Below, piece after piece: positions 22,687-36,966 of a stretch of DNA of 64,000 nucleotides. The notes below the pieces were generated by a model. The model was not told where the DNA came from, ran no database searches, and was given only the letters and a program-made list of their open reading frames with translations. How positions within the stretch are numbered: the first letter of the stretch is position 1; the number at the start of each line of letters is the position of its first letter. Location: NCBI GenBank assembly GCA_964016885.1, contig OZ024741.1, positions 323,020,001-323,084,000 on the forward strand. Direction: 5' to 3'. The position numbers and the translations under genes are program-made. This DNA comes from Eledone cirrhosa (Eukaryota).

Positions 22687-25600
22687 ATGGCCATATTAAG
22701 AGTAGGAAGTTTAAATGTTCGCGGCCTGGGGTCACCCTGGAAGCAGGGTCGCCTGCTCAACGACCTCCGGTCGCTGGAAATGGATGTGATTGCCGTAAGC
22801 GAGACCAGAATTTCCGACACGCGCGCACTAGCCCCCATTTTCGACGACTATCAGATCTTCGCATCTGTTAGCAGTCCGGGAATGGGGGGTGGGGTAGCAG
22901 TGCTGTTTAGGAAAGGACTGGATCTCGAGGTAAGGTCGATCTTCCGGGACCCGGACGGTAAGTTGGTGGTCTTGGATGTGAGCAGAAGCAAAGGTGGTGC
23001 CTTTAGACTGCTGGCCGTCTACGCCCCTACAGGGGCCGGACGACCTGACTTCTTTAGGCGCCTGGAGACCTTTCTGGGTACGTCTCGCCCTTTACTGTTA
23101 GCGGGGGACTGGAATGGCATCTTAGACGCACGCTGGGATTGTGTGGGAGTAGCCGATAGGAGCGGGGGGTGCAAAAGCCTCAAGCACCTACTCAGCCAGT
23201 TCCAACTGTCTGACAGGTATCGACTAGATTTCCCCAATGTGCCAGTATGGACATGGACCAACCGAATGGGGTCATCTAGATCGTATATAGACAGAATCTT
23301 CATTAGGAAAATAGATAGAAATAGTGTGGGCTGTCCACTTTTTAAAACGGTCGCCTATTCAGATCACAAATTTGTGATCTGTACGGTCGACCTAAATAAA
23401 ACGCGTAGGTTAGGACCGGGTTACTGGAAGCTGAACATGTCATTTCCGGCACGTAAGGCTTACAGGGACCGAGTCAACAAGTTAGTTAAGCAAAAGTTGA
23501 CAGGGGGGATCATCAACAACAGATGGTGGGGGGCTCTCAAAAGAGAGATTAGAGTAACTTCGATAGAGTTCAGCAAAGAACTAGCGTTAGAGAAAAATAG
23601 AAAGGAGGGGGAGCTGGTAGATAAGTTAGACGAGGCTATTTGTAGTGGCATCGCAACTGACGTGCTAGCGGCGAGAATGGCATTAGACCATTTCTTCAAT
23701 GCCAAACACGAAGGTTGCATTGTCAGAGCTAAGGCGCGTGCGCTGAGAAACGAGGGAACTAAAGCTGTTCGATGGGCCCGCGTGGCGGAGGCGCAGCGTG
23801 GTAATAAAACCACAATTCGGTCTTTGGCGGACCGAGACGGACACGAGATAAGCGATTCCAAGCGGATGTGTGAGGCCTTTCGCCAGCACTTTGCTCGGTT
23901 GTTCAGGGAGAGTGGCGAGTCAGAGAGAGTAGCGGATTTCAGTCCCTACCTTGACGGCTTGCCGCGCATCTCAACGGTCGACGCTGAGCGCTGCGAAAGG
24001 CCGATTACTTCAGCCGTAATTCAGGACGCCCTTGTCGGCTGCATGAGGCGCAAGTCACCCGGTTTGGATGGCCTGCCCTACGAGCTTTACGTAAATATGC
24101 CAGACTTGTTCTCCGAACTCCTCGAAGCACTCTACTGTAACTGGCAGCAGAATGGGAGTATTCCCAGTTCTGTGAGCAGGGGAGTGGTGACGCTGATAAG
24201 GAAAGACGAGAACAAGAGGGATACATTAAACAACTTCAGGCCCATAACTCTGCTCAACACAGAGTTTAAGATTTTGGCCAAGGTGTTAGCAAAGAGATTG
24301 GCGCTTGTCGTCGAGGATTTGGTTGGGGAGGCGCAAACTTGCGCAATCCCAGCCAGGTCCATACACGACAATCTCCACCTCATGCGATACATCATAGAGA
24401 GGGTAGGGTGTAAATCTGGCTTCGGTGGGGCACTGATCAATTTAGATCAATCGAAAGCATTCGATAGGGTCGACCATCGGTATCTGGAGTTTGTCCTCAA
24501 AGCAGCTGGCTTCGGCCCTGTCTTTAGAAGCTGGATCGTTGCAATGCACAGCGGCACACGCTCGGTGGTCAAGGTTAATGGCCACCTCTCGGAACCATTT
24601 CGGCTCTCCCGATCGGTCCGTCAAGGGTGCCCTCTCTTTTTCCTTCTGTACGTATTGACTCTCGAGCCTTTACTGCGGAAGCTGGAGCTGTTGCAGGGCA
24701 TCCCGCTCGAACCGGGACGTGGAAAGGCGGTGTCGGCTTATGCGGACGACATCACCGTGATGGTGTCGAACACCTCAGAAATCGAGGTGGTCGGCACCTT
24801 ATTGAAGGAATATGAAAGGTTGACAGGAGCCAAACTTAACCCGGAAAAGTCGGTGGGCTTGCAGCTCGGAACCTGGAGAGGCAAGCCCATGCCGTCCAAC
24901 AGCGTCGTGGGGCGCTGGACGGACGGACCAGTAAAGTTGCTCGGGGTTTGGTTCGGACCAGACCTCCAGGTGGAAAAGAATTGGGACTAGGTAACGAGCA
25001 GAGTAGCCAGTCTCATCCCAAAATGGGCTGGGAGGAAGCTATCACTGAAAGGTCGCGCGGAGGTGGCGAATGCGTACATCGCGTACGTCATCTACTACCG
25101 CCTAACCGTCGTGCCTTGCCCCCGTCCGCGCCTCGTCAAGTTGGAACGGCTCCTCTTCAAATTCTTGTGGAGGGGACAAGTTCCGTTGGTGAGGCGGTCC
25201 ATCTGCTGCCAGCACCCTCTACGCGGAGGGCTGGGCATGCCGTGGCTAATGATGCGCAGACATGCGTTGAGGCTGCGACATCTCCAGATATTCTGCCTCA
25301 ATGGTGAACAGGTGTGGTCGCCGTTTATCAGACGGGCCTTTCCGCAGCTCATTTCTTTGACTGAGCTGCAGTCCTGGGTCAAGAAGAGACCGAGACTGGG
25401 TGACTGGCACCTGGAATGTTGCCAGGCACTCACTGCCCTCTACCAAGCGGGCAATGCGATCAGTGGAACTTCCACTCTCGAGTTCTATAGAGGATTAGAG
25501 GTGGGCAAGTGCGATGACGCACGCGGAGAAGCTTTGGGCCTCGACGAAGTCGAACTGACCAGTCTGTACCGGAGGACTTTTGAGCCGGGGACGATGGACA

Positions 25601-26109
25601 ATTTCCAGAAATCCCTCGCTTGGCAGTGCTACCGGGGGGCACTGCCGGTTCGGGATAAACTCTACAGGCACGGAAGTGCTGTCAGACGGACCTACCCAAG
25701 ATGCGCACAGAATGACGAAACCGTTCTGCACGCACTTGTCCAATGTCCGTGCATTACTGACTTGTGGAGTTATGTCGAACAGCTACTGTCGCGTGTGTAA
25801 CGAATCCGGCTATCGGCCGAGTCCATAGTGAAGATCGACCCGCCGCCTTCCTTAGGTCAGGAAGAGCAGGACATTTTCCTCTGTCTGGTGGCAGTTGCGA
25901 AAGAGATTATATGGTGGACCAGGTTGAAAGGACTAAAGACAGACACTTTTCTCTTCGGCCAATCCCTCATCAACTTCTTCAAGTTTCACCTGGAAATGAG
26001 GGTGAGGGTGGAGAGAGAAGTGCTGCCCCCCAGTACATTTGCTAAAAGGTGGGTGAATGTGGCGAGAATGGCTCGTGTGAATGGGCCTACTCTGACCATG
26101 CGCCTATAG
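22687..26109 (+). pseudogene. LINE ORF2: APE endonuclease + RT + Cys domain, two in-frame stops
   Basis: SLNVRG, VSET, GDWN, SYIDR, SDH, KSPGLDG, RPITLLN, DQSKAFD, QGCP, YADD; stops at 24988 and 25798 within one frame. Confidence 0.92.
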
Positions 26110-26387
26110 GCTGGCTAACTTGAGGAGAGGGGTGCTCTCCTGGGTGCCCTAGAAGCGCAGGGTGGTTCAGGATTGGTGGGGTACCCGAATCACCCCAGGG
26201 TCGTCCACCCCCTATCGGGGAATTTATTTTATTATATATTTATGCATAGTTTATTTTATATTTTTATATTTTCATTGTTAAATTAGTCTTGCCATTGTGC
26301 ACTTTTACTCGACCTTATTGTAAACCCCCACTGTCCCTGTCTTTGTATTGTCCCCTACATGTCGGCCCTTGTGGCTAATAAATGAAA

Positions 26388-26420
<33 letters not shown>

Positions 26421-26493
26421 TTTGAGTCTCAGTCATTGATGTTAGTTAACTGGAAAGTTTGTTGAAATGAATATCAAGCCACTACCTGCAGCC

Positions 26494-29400
26494 TCAGATA
26501 TTCAGGACGTATCGGAGGGTTCTTGCTGTTCCCAGCAATCATGCCTTTTGAAGCGTTCCAAAAAGCGTGAAGGGGCCAATTTTCTTTAACCATCCCTGGA
26601 AACGTTTTGAGATAGTACCTAGTGCGCCTATGACAATCGGGACCACATTGACTTCATGGCAGTTCCAAATCCATTTTACCTCCCACTTTAAGTCCTGGTA
26701 TCGGTTAATTTTCTCCCTCTCCTTTTCTTGCACTCTCGTGTCGAATGGGCAGGCCACATCCACAATCAGGCACGATCTTTTTTCTTTGTCCACAACCACC
26801 AGGTCAGGTCTATTGTGTTCCAGTTTCTTGTCCGTCTGTATCCTAAAATCCCAGAGCACCTTCACCAGATCGTTTTCTATCACCGACTCTGGCTTATGCT
26901 CATACCACTTCTCAGAATGTGGTAGATTGTTTACTTTGCATAGGTGCCAGTGGATCACCCTGCCCATCACATCATGTCTCCAGCCCTTATAGTGAGTCTG
27001 GGCTAGGTGTTTACACTCGGATACAATGTGAGTCACAGTCTCCTCTCTCTCTCCACAGATCCTGCACAGTGGGCTAGCCTCCTCCTTGTAAATATGGTGT
27101 TTCAACCACTTCGTTTTGAGGGCCTGCTCTTGCGCAGCCATTAACATTCCTTCTGTAGACTTTTTAAGGTCTCCTCTTTTCAACCAGTTCCATGTCTGTG
27201 GATATCTGAATTCAGCTTTCTCAAAGAAGGTACTATGAAGGGATTTTTCCTGAAGGCTGCTCTTTCTCCTTGTTGTTATTTCCTCCTTGGACATCCCCTG
27301 GTCTATTGTCCTCTCCTTCAGTACAGTTCTGAGCATTGGCTCCTTACTATCAGTCACGTATTTGTGTAGGTTGTTTTTCTCCATCTGAACACAGTCCTCT
27401 ATGCTGATAAGACCTCTTCCATCTTCAGATCTCCTTAAGTAGAGTCTATCGACATCACTCCTCTTGTGGAACATGTTGTAGATAGTCAATAGCTTCCTAG
27501 TCTTCCTATCCATTTCTTTTTGTTCAGCAACATTCCATCTCAGAATTCCCGCACTGTACCTAATAATAGACACAGCTCGGGAATTTACTGCACTTATGGC
27601 ATTCCTACTGTTCAGATGTGACTTTAATACGCTCCTTACTCTCCGAGTGTATTCAGTTCTTATCAATGCCTTCATTTTTTTGTTCTTGATGTCATCGGCC
27701 TCCAGAACACCCAAATACTTGTATCCTTCTTCAGTGTCAATTTCCTTTATCATCTCACCAGTTGGTACCTGGATTCCGTTACTTCTGCTCAATTTACATC
27801 TCTTCATCACAAGGACTCCACACTTACTAATACCAAATTGCATACACATATCATTGCTGAAAATGTGGACAGTGTCAACAAGCACATCCAACTCCTTCTC
27901 ACTCTTCCTGAAGAGCTTAAGATCGTCCATGAAAAGGAGGTGATTGATGGTAAGCTCTCCCTTACCCAACTTGTATCCTGCTCTCACTTTTCGCAGTATA
28001 ATGGTCAGGGTCATCAGGGCAAGGACAAACAACAGAGGAGACAGACTATCTCCCTGGAAGATACCTCTCTTTATCTTCACGCCTCCCAAGGATTCTCCAG
28101 CTGATGTTAACTCTGTTTCCCAGGACTTCATACTTTTGCCCAACAACTGTCTGATGTTATCTGCCACCTTGAAGATCTCTAGGCTTTTGGTGATCCAAGA
28201 ATGAGGCACCATGTCAAATGCCTTTTTGTAGTCTATCCATCCCATGGCAAGACCAGTGTGTCTCCTCTTGCAATTCCTCATTACCATCTTATCAATAAGT
28301 AACTGGTCCTTTGTACCACGGGACTTCTTTCGGCATCCTTTCTGTTCGTCAGGTAACAAGTTGTTTGTGTGGAGGTGATGGTAGATTTCCTCAGACACAA
28401 TGCTTGTTAACAGTTTCCCCATTACGGACAGACATGTGATAGGTCTATAGTTGGTAACATCATTACCCTTGATTCGGTCTTTCATTATCAGAACTGTGGT
28501 ACCTTTTGTCAACCACTCTGGTACCTCACCTGACATCAAGCAGTCATTGAACATGGTTGTCAGTTTCGGGTGGAGGGATGTTATATTTTTAATCCAATAC
28601 CCGTGCACACCATCTGGGCCTGGTGATTTCCAGTTGGTTAGTTTTTTGGCCTGCCCCTTAAGAGTTTCAACTGTGATACTCAAATCAGTTTGTTAGTGTG
28701 CCTGTTCACTAATCTCCTTCTGTACTGTCTCAATCCACACTGCCTGGTCATTATGTTTAACATCCTGCTCCCATATTCCTCTACAGAATGTTTTAGTTTG
28801 TTCCGCCTCAGGGATCAAGTCGTTGCCTCTTTCTTTCCCTTCAAGCTGTCCAAACAGCATCTTCTGGTTGTTGTTAAACATGCGGTTCTGTCTATACTGA
28901 CTGACTCTGCTCTCGTATCGCCTAATCTTTGCACTCTTTGCTACAATGCGTTGCTTCAGTTCCTCTATGATAATATTTAGCTTTTTCCTCATAGTTTTGT
29001 ACTTTATTTCCAGTCTATTTTTAGTGTCTATGTTTTTTAGTGTCCCATTCAGTAGGGATTCAAGCTTTCCAATGTCATTTCTCATTTCCCTGATTTGACC
29101 ACTCAGTCGTTTCTTCCACCAAGGCTCTGATCTTTCTTGTTTGTTGTTTCCTCTCGCTTTTATACCAAGTAATTTCCTCACCGTATTTGCTATTGCTTTG
29201 AAGGTATTGTTGCACTGGTGAAGGCCCCTCGCCTCAAGGTATGGGATGACTTTGTTTACCTTAGCTGTTGTTTCTTTTAACTTTTTCCTGTCTACAAATC
29301 TTAGGTTCATAGGTTTCCCACTATCATTTTTCAATTCATCTACCACTAAGTTTAGGATATCAACCAAATCTTGTCCTAGCCCGTCAGCATTCATCTCCTC

Positions 29401-29895
29401 AATGGCCGTATCTCTGTTCCAGGTATTATTTATTTCAGCATTTAGATCATTGTCTGCTTCGGATGGTTCCTCCGTTCTCTCAACCTCTTCACCTTCATTT
29501 CCCACTGGCTCGTTTGCCTGGCATCCTCCACTCTCCATTTCGAAGCTAATCTCTCTGCTCAGTTCCTCCAGTTCCAGCTCGCTTATCCACCCATTAGTTC
29601 TTATTACCCGAGCCTGCCCGGCCAATGTTTGTTCATCTAATTTAAATAGACCAATCTCGTTCCAGATGTTATGCATCCGTTTCCTATAGCCTTTCTCCTT
29701 GGGGTTACTCTTCAGGTAACATTGCATAACAGTTCTATTCAATTCTTTCGTCCAGTTGGTTCTGGTCCCTTTCCTTCTTCTTCTTCCTCCGACACCAGCA
29801 GTATTTGGTTGACAGCCAGGTCCCTGCTGGGTGAGTCTGTCACATGACATTATAGTCTCCACTTCACCGTTATTCGAACTGTTTAGGTTCGACAT
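26494..29895 (-). pseudogene. R4/Dong-type non-LTR retrotransposon ORF (RT + CCHC + restriction-like endonuclease), two in-frame stops
   Basis: KSPGPDG, YRPITCL, DYKKAFD, GIFQGDSLSP, FMDD, CRIC..ETVTHIVSEC, RHD, NRPD..D, KA*LLGTAR; stops at 28693 and 26539; 3' (TAA)n tail at 26390-26419. Confidence 0.92.
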
Positions 29896-30036
29896 GTAAA
29901 CACTCTTATCGAGGATTAGTGAATGTATGGTTACATAACCACCGGTGATTTCATCCCCTCCGGTGATTTCGTCACTCCCGGGAATTTTTGTGTGACACTA
30001 TCACGCTGTAGACGAACATAAACAAACAAACAGGCA

Positions 30037-30136
<100 letters not shown>

Positions 30137-30373
30137 AAAATTTCGAAAGCCGTAGCTATGCAAAAAACACCGACGCGAACGCCCTTTGGTGGTATCCAGC
30201 AGAAGTAAGGGGGACAATCATCGATGCATTTCGGACTTAACTGGTCCTCACCACGATGATCCCTCCCATACTTCCAATTACTGGACTTGAGAACAGTCGA
30301 GAATATAGTTTTCTCGTCTGTGTAAATGAGGCGATTAATCTCATTTGCATATCAAGCTGCATAAGTTGGTTCA

Positions 30374-30404
<31 letters not shown>

Positions 30405-30580
30405 AAATACAATATCAGAGAAAGCCTTTTAGCGATACTCCGGCCAAATTCCAACTCACTCAACAAACATTAGGAAATAAGTGATTATATTCCTAATTAT
30501 GCATTCGGTGTGCTAACTAAAAGTATTGCGTGGAAAATTGGCTGTATTATTTCATATGAGACATATCGAATCTATCTCTT

Positions 30581-30707
30581 CCCAGACGGACGTCTCGTTT
30601 CATTACAGGATTCCTACAATTTGGGTGAAATTATACCAATTTATGTAGGAGCTTGTATACCATCAATAGATATACATTCAGGTGGGCTCCTATAATTCAT
30701 CAGTGGG
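30581..30707 (-). ncRNA. Type I hammerhead with large insertion in stem II
   Basis: Reverse complement: ccca-CTGATGA-attatagga..(~78 nt)..tcctgtaat-GAAA-cg agacgtc cg-TC-tggg. Confidence 0.75.
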
Positions 30708-30814
30708 TGCCCCAATAATACTAATATTGATAATCTAACCAACATCAGTATTTAGCGATAATCATCATCAGTGCCTGAGGTATCTGTCAGGTTGCTAGTC
30801 CAGCAGTTCTAAAG

Positions 30815-30895
<81 letters not shown>

Positions 30896-31738
30896 ACTTT
30901 CCTTTGGTATTCATTGTAGTTGCTGTTATGTATTACAGCTGGCATACAACTGGTGTATATATTATTCATTATGTTTCCCACGAATATCTTAATGAGTCAA
31001 TTCTGATAAGGAAATTAATTCGTTTCTCGCATCATTTAGTTTATAGAGACTGCCTTAGATAATTCGATTTGTGTTGACACGATGAAATTACAATTTCGAT
31101 GGAAAAGTTCAAATTCCATACTGGAACCAGCTCTTGAAACGGCAAAAGCTCAGCCGTCGGGGTTCAGACACTTTATAATATAACCATACTCTACTACCCC
31201 AAGTATCAAGTACTCTGTTGAGTAACTGAATCCATCCTGATATATATATTTTTTTTTCAGTATTACCACCCCACATTAATTCATCAATTTGTATGTGTGG
31301 ATGTGTGTGTGTGTCTGTGTGTGTGAGTGTATCTGCAAGTCAACCAACATAAGTCTTTTTATATGTAAATTTTCTAGTATTCTACTCTAAACATAATTTT
31401 CAGTAGTACCACTCCACATAAATTCCTCAATTTAAGAATGACCTGTAGTATCTATTTCATACTATAAACCTCAATTGAATATATATCTGACCAGGAATGC
31501 TTTTGTGAAAATCAGTCATATGGAACTATTGTCATCTTGCCTGACGGTTTGAACTTTACAACACCACCTGCCTCTTTCAGGTCAAATACCAACCCTACTA
31601 GCATCTACAAATTGACCAATGAGAATTAAGACTATTCCTGCGGACAACATTAAATTATTCCTAACAAGCACGTATGTCCCAAGGCTCCGATACCATCAAC
31701 ACCATAAACACAGAGCTGGCATATCTAAGAACTGACTA

Positions 31739-31794
31739 ACTGCCTGATGAGGTCATAGCCATTCAATGGCTATCATCGAAATATATATAGCAGT
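31739..31794 (+). ncRNA. Type I hammerhead ribozyme
   Basis: actgc-CTGATGA-g..atagccat/atggctat..c-GAAA-tatata-TA-gcagt. Confidence 0.85.
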
Positions 31795-31836
31795 AAATAA
31801 AGAATTATGAGTTCATGCAATTGACTTATATTTCGA

Positions 31837-31876
<40 letters not shown>

Positions 31877-32049
31877 TTATAATATTCGATTCGTTTGCAA
31901 ACAATGAGCCACATAATGCTATGTGTTTTTAGACGACTATCAATATATATATATATATATATATATATGCATATACATACATATATATATATGCATATAT
32001 ATGTATATATACATATATATATACATATATATATTTACATATATAGATG

Positions 32050-32217
32050 TATAGTATTAAGGATACTATTTATGGTTATGTATATACTAAAACCTTTTAT
32101 AGTTATATATATTTTAAACCCTAAATAGTGAAAGGCAGTAATTTATTACTATCTTATTACCAGTAAGATAAATAGCTCAATGTAACAACATCAGTTGTTC
32201 TACAGAGCAGTTATATA
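32050..32217 (-). mobile_element. Diverged fragment of the pLTR tail of the 10-18 kb PLE
   Basis: Similar to 10217-10385 (ccctaaatagtg..ggcagtaa..cttattaccagtaag..agctcaatgtaa..tacagagcagttatat). Confidence 0.7.
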
Positions 32218-32283
32218 GCAGTTATATAAATGCATATAATTGCATATATAAATGCAGTTATATAAATGCATATATGTATACGC

Positions 32284-32343
<60 letters not shown>

Positions 32344-32659
32344 AAAATTTGTTTTCGCGCTAACACAGCCGTAACATCGCTCGGCACGCAAATTTGGGTA
32401 ATTAGAGGATATTATATATTCTCAAGAGTTCCAGTGTGTTGCAGGAAAAGGAGGGAAACACAATCTTGGCAAGGGACAATAACCCTGAAACAATTATCGA
32501 TTGTTTCGCTCTGCTACCGCTAGAACAAGGCAATGATGATAGTCGTCTAAAAACACATAGCGTTATGTGGCTCTTTGCTTGCAAACGAATCGAATATTAA
32601 TAATATTATTTATAATTTTATTATTATTCGATAAAAAAAAAACTCACGAATGCCTATGT

Positions 32660-32711
<52 letters not shown>

Positions 32712-33206
32712 ATATACATTAGTAAAAAGGAAAAGAAAATGTTGACAAATTTTTCCCAGTGAAAAATAGTTTAATTAGGAATAAGTATAAATTAGTAATA
32801 AGTATTGGTTAGTATTCAGTTTTAGTTTTAAAGTTTTACTGGTTACGCATTTCTAATGCTTTTCAAAAATAATTTTGAGATAGAGCGCTCGTGATGTTTG
32901 CTCTAATCTGATCAGGTTTGGAAATTCTTCCTGTTTTATGTGAAAAAAGTGGCTCCAGAGGTATTAAGATTTGGTTGGTTGTTGAATGTCACGTGAATAA
33001 GTACTATAAATTTCACGCCAATTCGTGTTGCAAAAATTCTTGAAGTCAAAACAATTTTGATTGGTCGGTAGAGGTCACGTGAATGTTAAAAATGAATTTT
33101 TAACATGTTTGGCGCCAAATGTAGGTTTGTCGAAGAGTGTCCTTTTTCGGTTGATTGAGTTGCAGTCATGTTGAGAAGTCACTGAAAAACATGTCTATTA
33201 AGACAA

Positions 33207-33305
<99 letters not shown>

Positions 33306-34051
33306 CGCGTGTGTGTGTGCGTGTGTGTGTGTGTGTGTGTTTGTGTGTGTGTGCGTGTGTGTGTGTGTGTAGGAAAGAGGTTCATTGTTGTGATAATGGT
33401 CAGTAGAGATGTGTGTGTGAGTTGCAGTCATGTTGAAAGGTTAACAGTTCAGGTGTCTATTAAGACAAATATGAGCCACTTTTTTCACATAAAACAGGAA
33501 GAATTTCCAAAACTGATCAGATTAGAGCGCTGTATCTCAAAATTATTTTTGAAAAGCATTAAAAATGCGCAACCGGTAAGAACTTAAAACTAAAACTGAA
33601 TACTAACCAATACTTATTACTAATTTATATTTATTCCTAATTAAACTATTTTTCACTGGGAAAAATTTGTCAGCATTTTCTTTTCCTTTTTACTAATATA
33701 TCACAACTCGTGTGTCACACCTCTATTACCCCAAGTATCACTACTTGGGGTAGTAGAGTATGGTTACATTATAAAGAGTCGGAACCCCGACGGCTGAGCT
33801 TTTGCCGTTTCAAGAGTTAGTTCCAGTATGGAATTTCAACTTTTCCATCGAAATTGTAATTTCATCGTGTCAACACAAATCGAATTATCTAAGGCAGTCC
33901 CTATAAACTAAATGATGCGAGAAACGAATTAATTTCCTTATCAGAATTGACTCATTAAGATATTCGTAGGAAACATCATGAATAATATATACACCAGTTG
34001 TATGCCAGCTGTAATACATAACAGCAACTACAGTGAATACCAAAGGAAAGT

Positions 34052-34117
<66 letters not shown>

Positions 34118-34232
34118 GTTGAGCCAACTTATGCAGCTTGATATGCAAATGAGATTAATCACCTCATTTACACAGACGAGAAAACTATATTCTCGACTGT
34201 TCTCAAGTCCAGTAATTGGAAGTATGGGAGGG

Positions 34233-34276
34233 ATCATCCTGGTGAGGACCAGTTAAGTCCGAAATGCATCGATGAT
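34233..34276 (+). ncRNA. Degenerate hammerhead (CTGGTGA core)
   Basis: atcatc-CTGGTGA-ggac..gtcc-GAAA-tgca-TC-gatgat; mirror at 30217-30260(-), relative at ~56437-56480(-). Confidence 0.6.
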
Positions 34277-34654
34277 TGTCCCCCTTACTTCTGCTGGATA
34301 CCACCAAAGGGCGATCGCGTCGGTGTTTTTTTTGCATAGCTACGGCTTTCGAAATGTTTACCTGTAAATATACCATGTTTCTTTAGAAATACGAAATTTC
34401 TATACATATCTGCAGTGGCGGACTGGGTCTAAAAATGTTGGTAGCGAGGAGATGAAGGGGGCCCACCAACATATAGAATGCTATCATTTAATTTCTATAA
34501 TGAATAAATAACATTTTCAAAAAATACATAAGTGGAAAATAACAGTGCAATCACATTTTTCCGGATAAATATCTGACTTTCTCAAATAAAAAATATGTAT
34601 TTTGCGAAATCCAGAGACTTTCAATAACGACCTTTCGTCTCTCACACTCACTCA

Positions 34655-34701
<47 letters not shown>

Positions 34702-34734
34702 CATATATATATATATATATATCGATGATTAAAT

Positions 34735-35583
34735 AAACTGTAAAACTAGAAACGTAGTCTATAGCATAAGATGTACAGAGGATACTTGCAGAAACATGAC
34801 AACAACATACATAGGTGAGACAGCTCGTAGCATAGGTGAAAGGATAGACCAACACTGGGGGGAACTAAAAGGACGAAAAAACGGGTCAGTACTATACGAA
34901 CATGCTAGACAAAAACATGACGATAATATAGACAACATAGAAATTAGAATAATATCTAAACATAGAAATGACCCAGCAGATAGGCAAATCAGAGAGGCCA
35001 GTGAATTAGAAATTAGAAGGCCAAGACTAAACAGAAAGAATTAATGGAATAACAACACCCAAACAAACAACACTGACCTAAGAGAAGTATAAATAAGTAA
35101 ATAAAATAAAATAAATAAATAAATAAATAAATACATACACAAACACAATAACAACAAGCACATAAACACACACTAGTCACCCATCACACAGCAAACAAAA
35201 CACTATACACACACGCAAACGCATGCGCAAAGAAGACAAAATAAAATAAACAAACAAGCAAATAAATAAATAAATATATAGACAGACTGAATAAAAATGG
35301 TGTAGACATATAATACAACAGGAGGAAACGATAACACCACTGACGATGTTGCAGATGTGCAACGAAAGATTTATGATAAACTATATATATGTGTTTGTGT
35401 CTATATTGTATCTGTATTATTTTTGACCGTCGGTCAGTCAATGGTAACATTGAGGATCGAGTAAGTTAGATTACCGATATAAAAGACACAGAAGCGAGAA
35501 GCGAAAACCAACCAAACAGTGAGTGTGTTCTGTTATTAATTCTGGCAATATTACACAAATATGACCCTCCCCAAGTATAACAA

Positions 35584-35585
<2 letters not shown>
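34735..35585 (+). mobile_element. 5'-truncated PLE (GIY-YIG end, 3' UTR, HHR at 35336-35377)
   Basis: CKTRNVVYSIRC, YIGETARS, RQIREA; close homologue of 58672-59550(-). Confidence 0.85.
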
Positions 35586-35648
<63 letters not shown>

Positions 35649-36325
35649 TGTTTGTCAAAATACTCAAATTAAATTTAAAAACTGACAAAGATTACTGTAC
35701 CTCTCGACCAAGATTGAACCCAAGAGCAGGATCTCCACCATCTCGAGTACCTACCGATAGTCCACTGAGACATCTAAATTGAAAATTCATACTTATAAGC
35801 CTACTTTCAAAATTTTCAAAACAAAATGATGTGATTTCCTTCATGTGTTTCTTAATGTTATTGCTCCTACTTAATGTCGACTTCTAAATCATTTGGGTGT
35901 TCCATAAACTACATCCTCGTTTTGTTTCTCATCTATCTACACTATATCTTAACTTGTGATCCATGTTTCATTTCTGTTGTTCCTCATTTCTGGCCCTCCC
36001 TCTCTTTCTATCTCTCTTTCTCCCTCTGATATTTTAATCTACTATCATTTTGGGCTTACTTTATTCATATATATATATATACATGTTTTTGCATGTCGGT
36101 TGGATTCAAACCTGCAATGATTGGCATTATATATATATATATTTTCTATTCTAAGGCGGGTAAAATTCCCGAGATCCATGGACGAGTTCTCTCCAGCGGT
36201 CTCTGTCCCTCATTATCGCTGCCATGTCCTGCGTCTCCAATAGACCAGTGTCTGTCCTTAGGGCATCAACATACGTTAACCTTGGTCTTCCTCTTCTAGT
36301 GTGTCCATGTATATGTGTCCATATA

Positions 36326-36392
<67 letters not shown>

Positions 36393-36935
36393 TGTTTGTT
36401 AAAATCAAATTAAATTAATTCATTAATTCAACAGTTAAACACACATTGGAATAATAAGGTTGAAAATTCATACATATAAACCTACTTTCCAAATTTCCAA
36501 TACAAAATGATGTGGTGTCGTGTGCATACTTCTCTAAATGTTATTGCTCCTACTTAATGTCGACTTCTAAATCATTTGGGTGTTCCATAAACTACATCCT
36601 CGTTTTGTTTCTCATTATCTAGACCAAAGGTTCTCAACGGGGGCGTTTCGTAGCTCCAGGAGGCGTTATGCAGTAAGGGGGCGTTAGGGGGGGGGGTGAA
36701 ACTTTGGGGGCGCTTTGGTAAGTTTTATAAGTCATATTTGTACGTCTCTTAGACAGCAAGTGTGAATCGATTTGAATGAAGAAAACGAAGAAAATAAATA
36801 AAAGAAGCTTGTCAACGAATTTCCTAGGGAGATAAAAGAAAATCAAAACAAATCAAAGAAAATGAAAGTAAGGACTACTTCAACAGAAATGACAACAAAA
36901 AGAAGCAATGGTGGTGAACATACACACACATACAT

Positions 36936-36966
<31 letters not shown>

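Larger units (their letters stand above)
20489..26419 (+). mobile_element. Near full-length L1/Tx1-clade LINE with (ATT)n tail
   Basis: 5' UTR, ORF1 with CCHC knuckle, ORF2 with APE+RT, 3' UTR and ATT tail. Confidence 0.9.

Noticed and set aside
26539-26541. TGA at a probable Cys position (KA*LLGTAR) in the Dong-like ORF
   Set aside because: Single copy that also carries a TAA stop; a point mutation is simpler and no SECIS was recognised.
35640-36620. Direct repeat 35640-35940/36385-36620 as a second retrozyme
   Set aside because: Diverged, interrupted, and no ribozyme core found.
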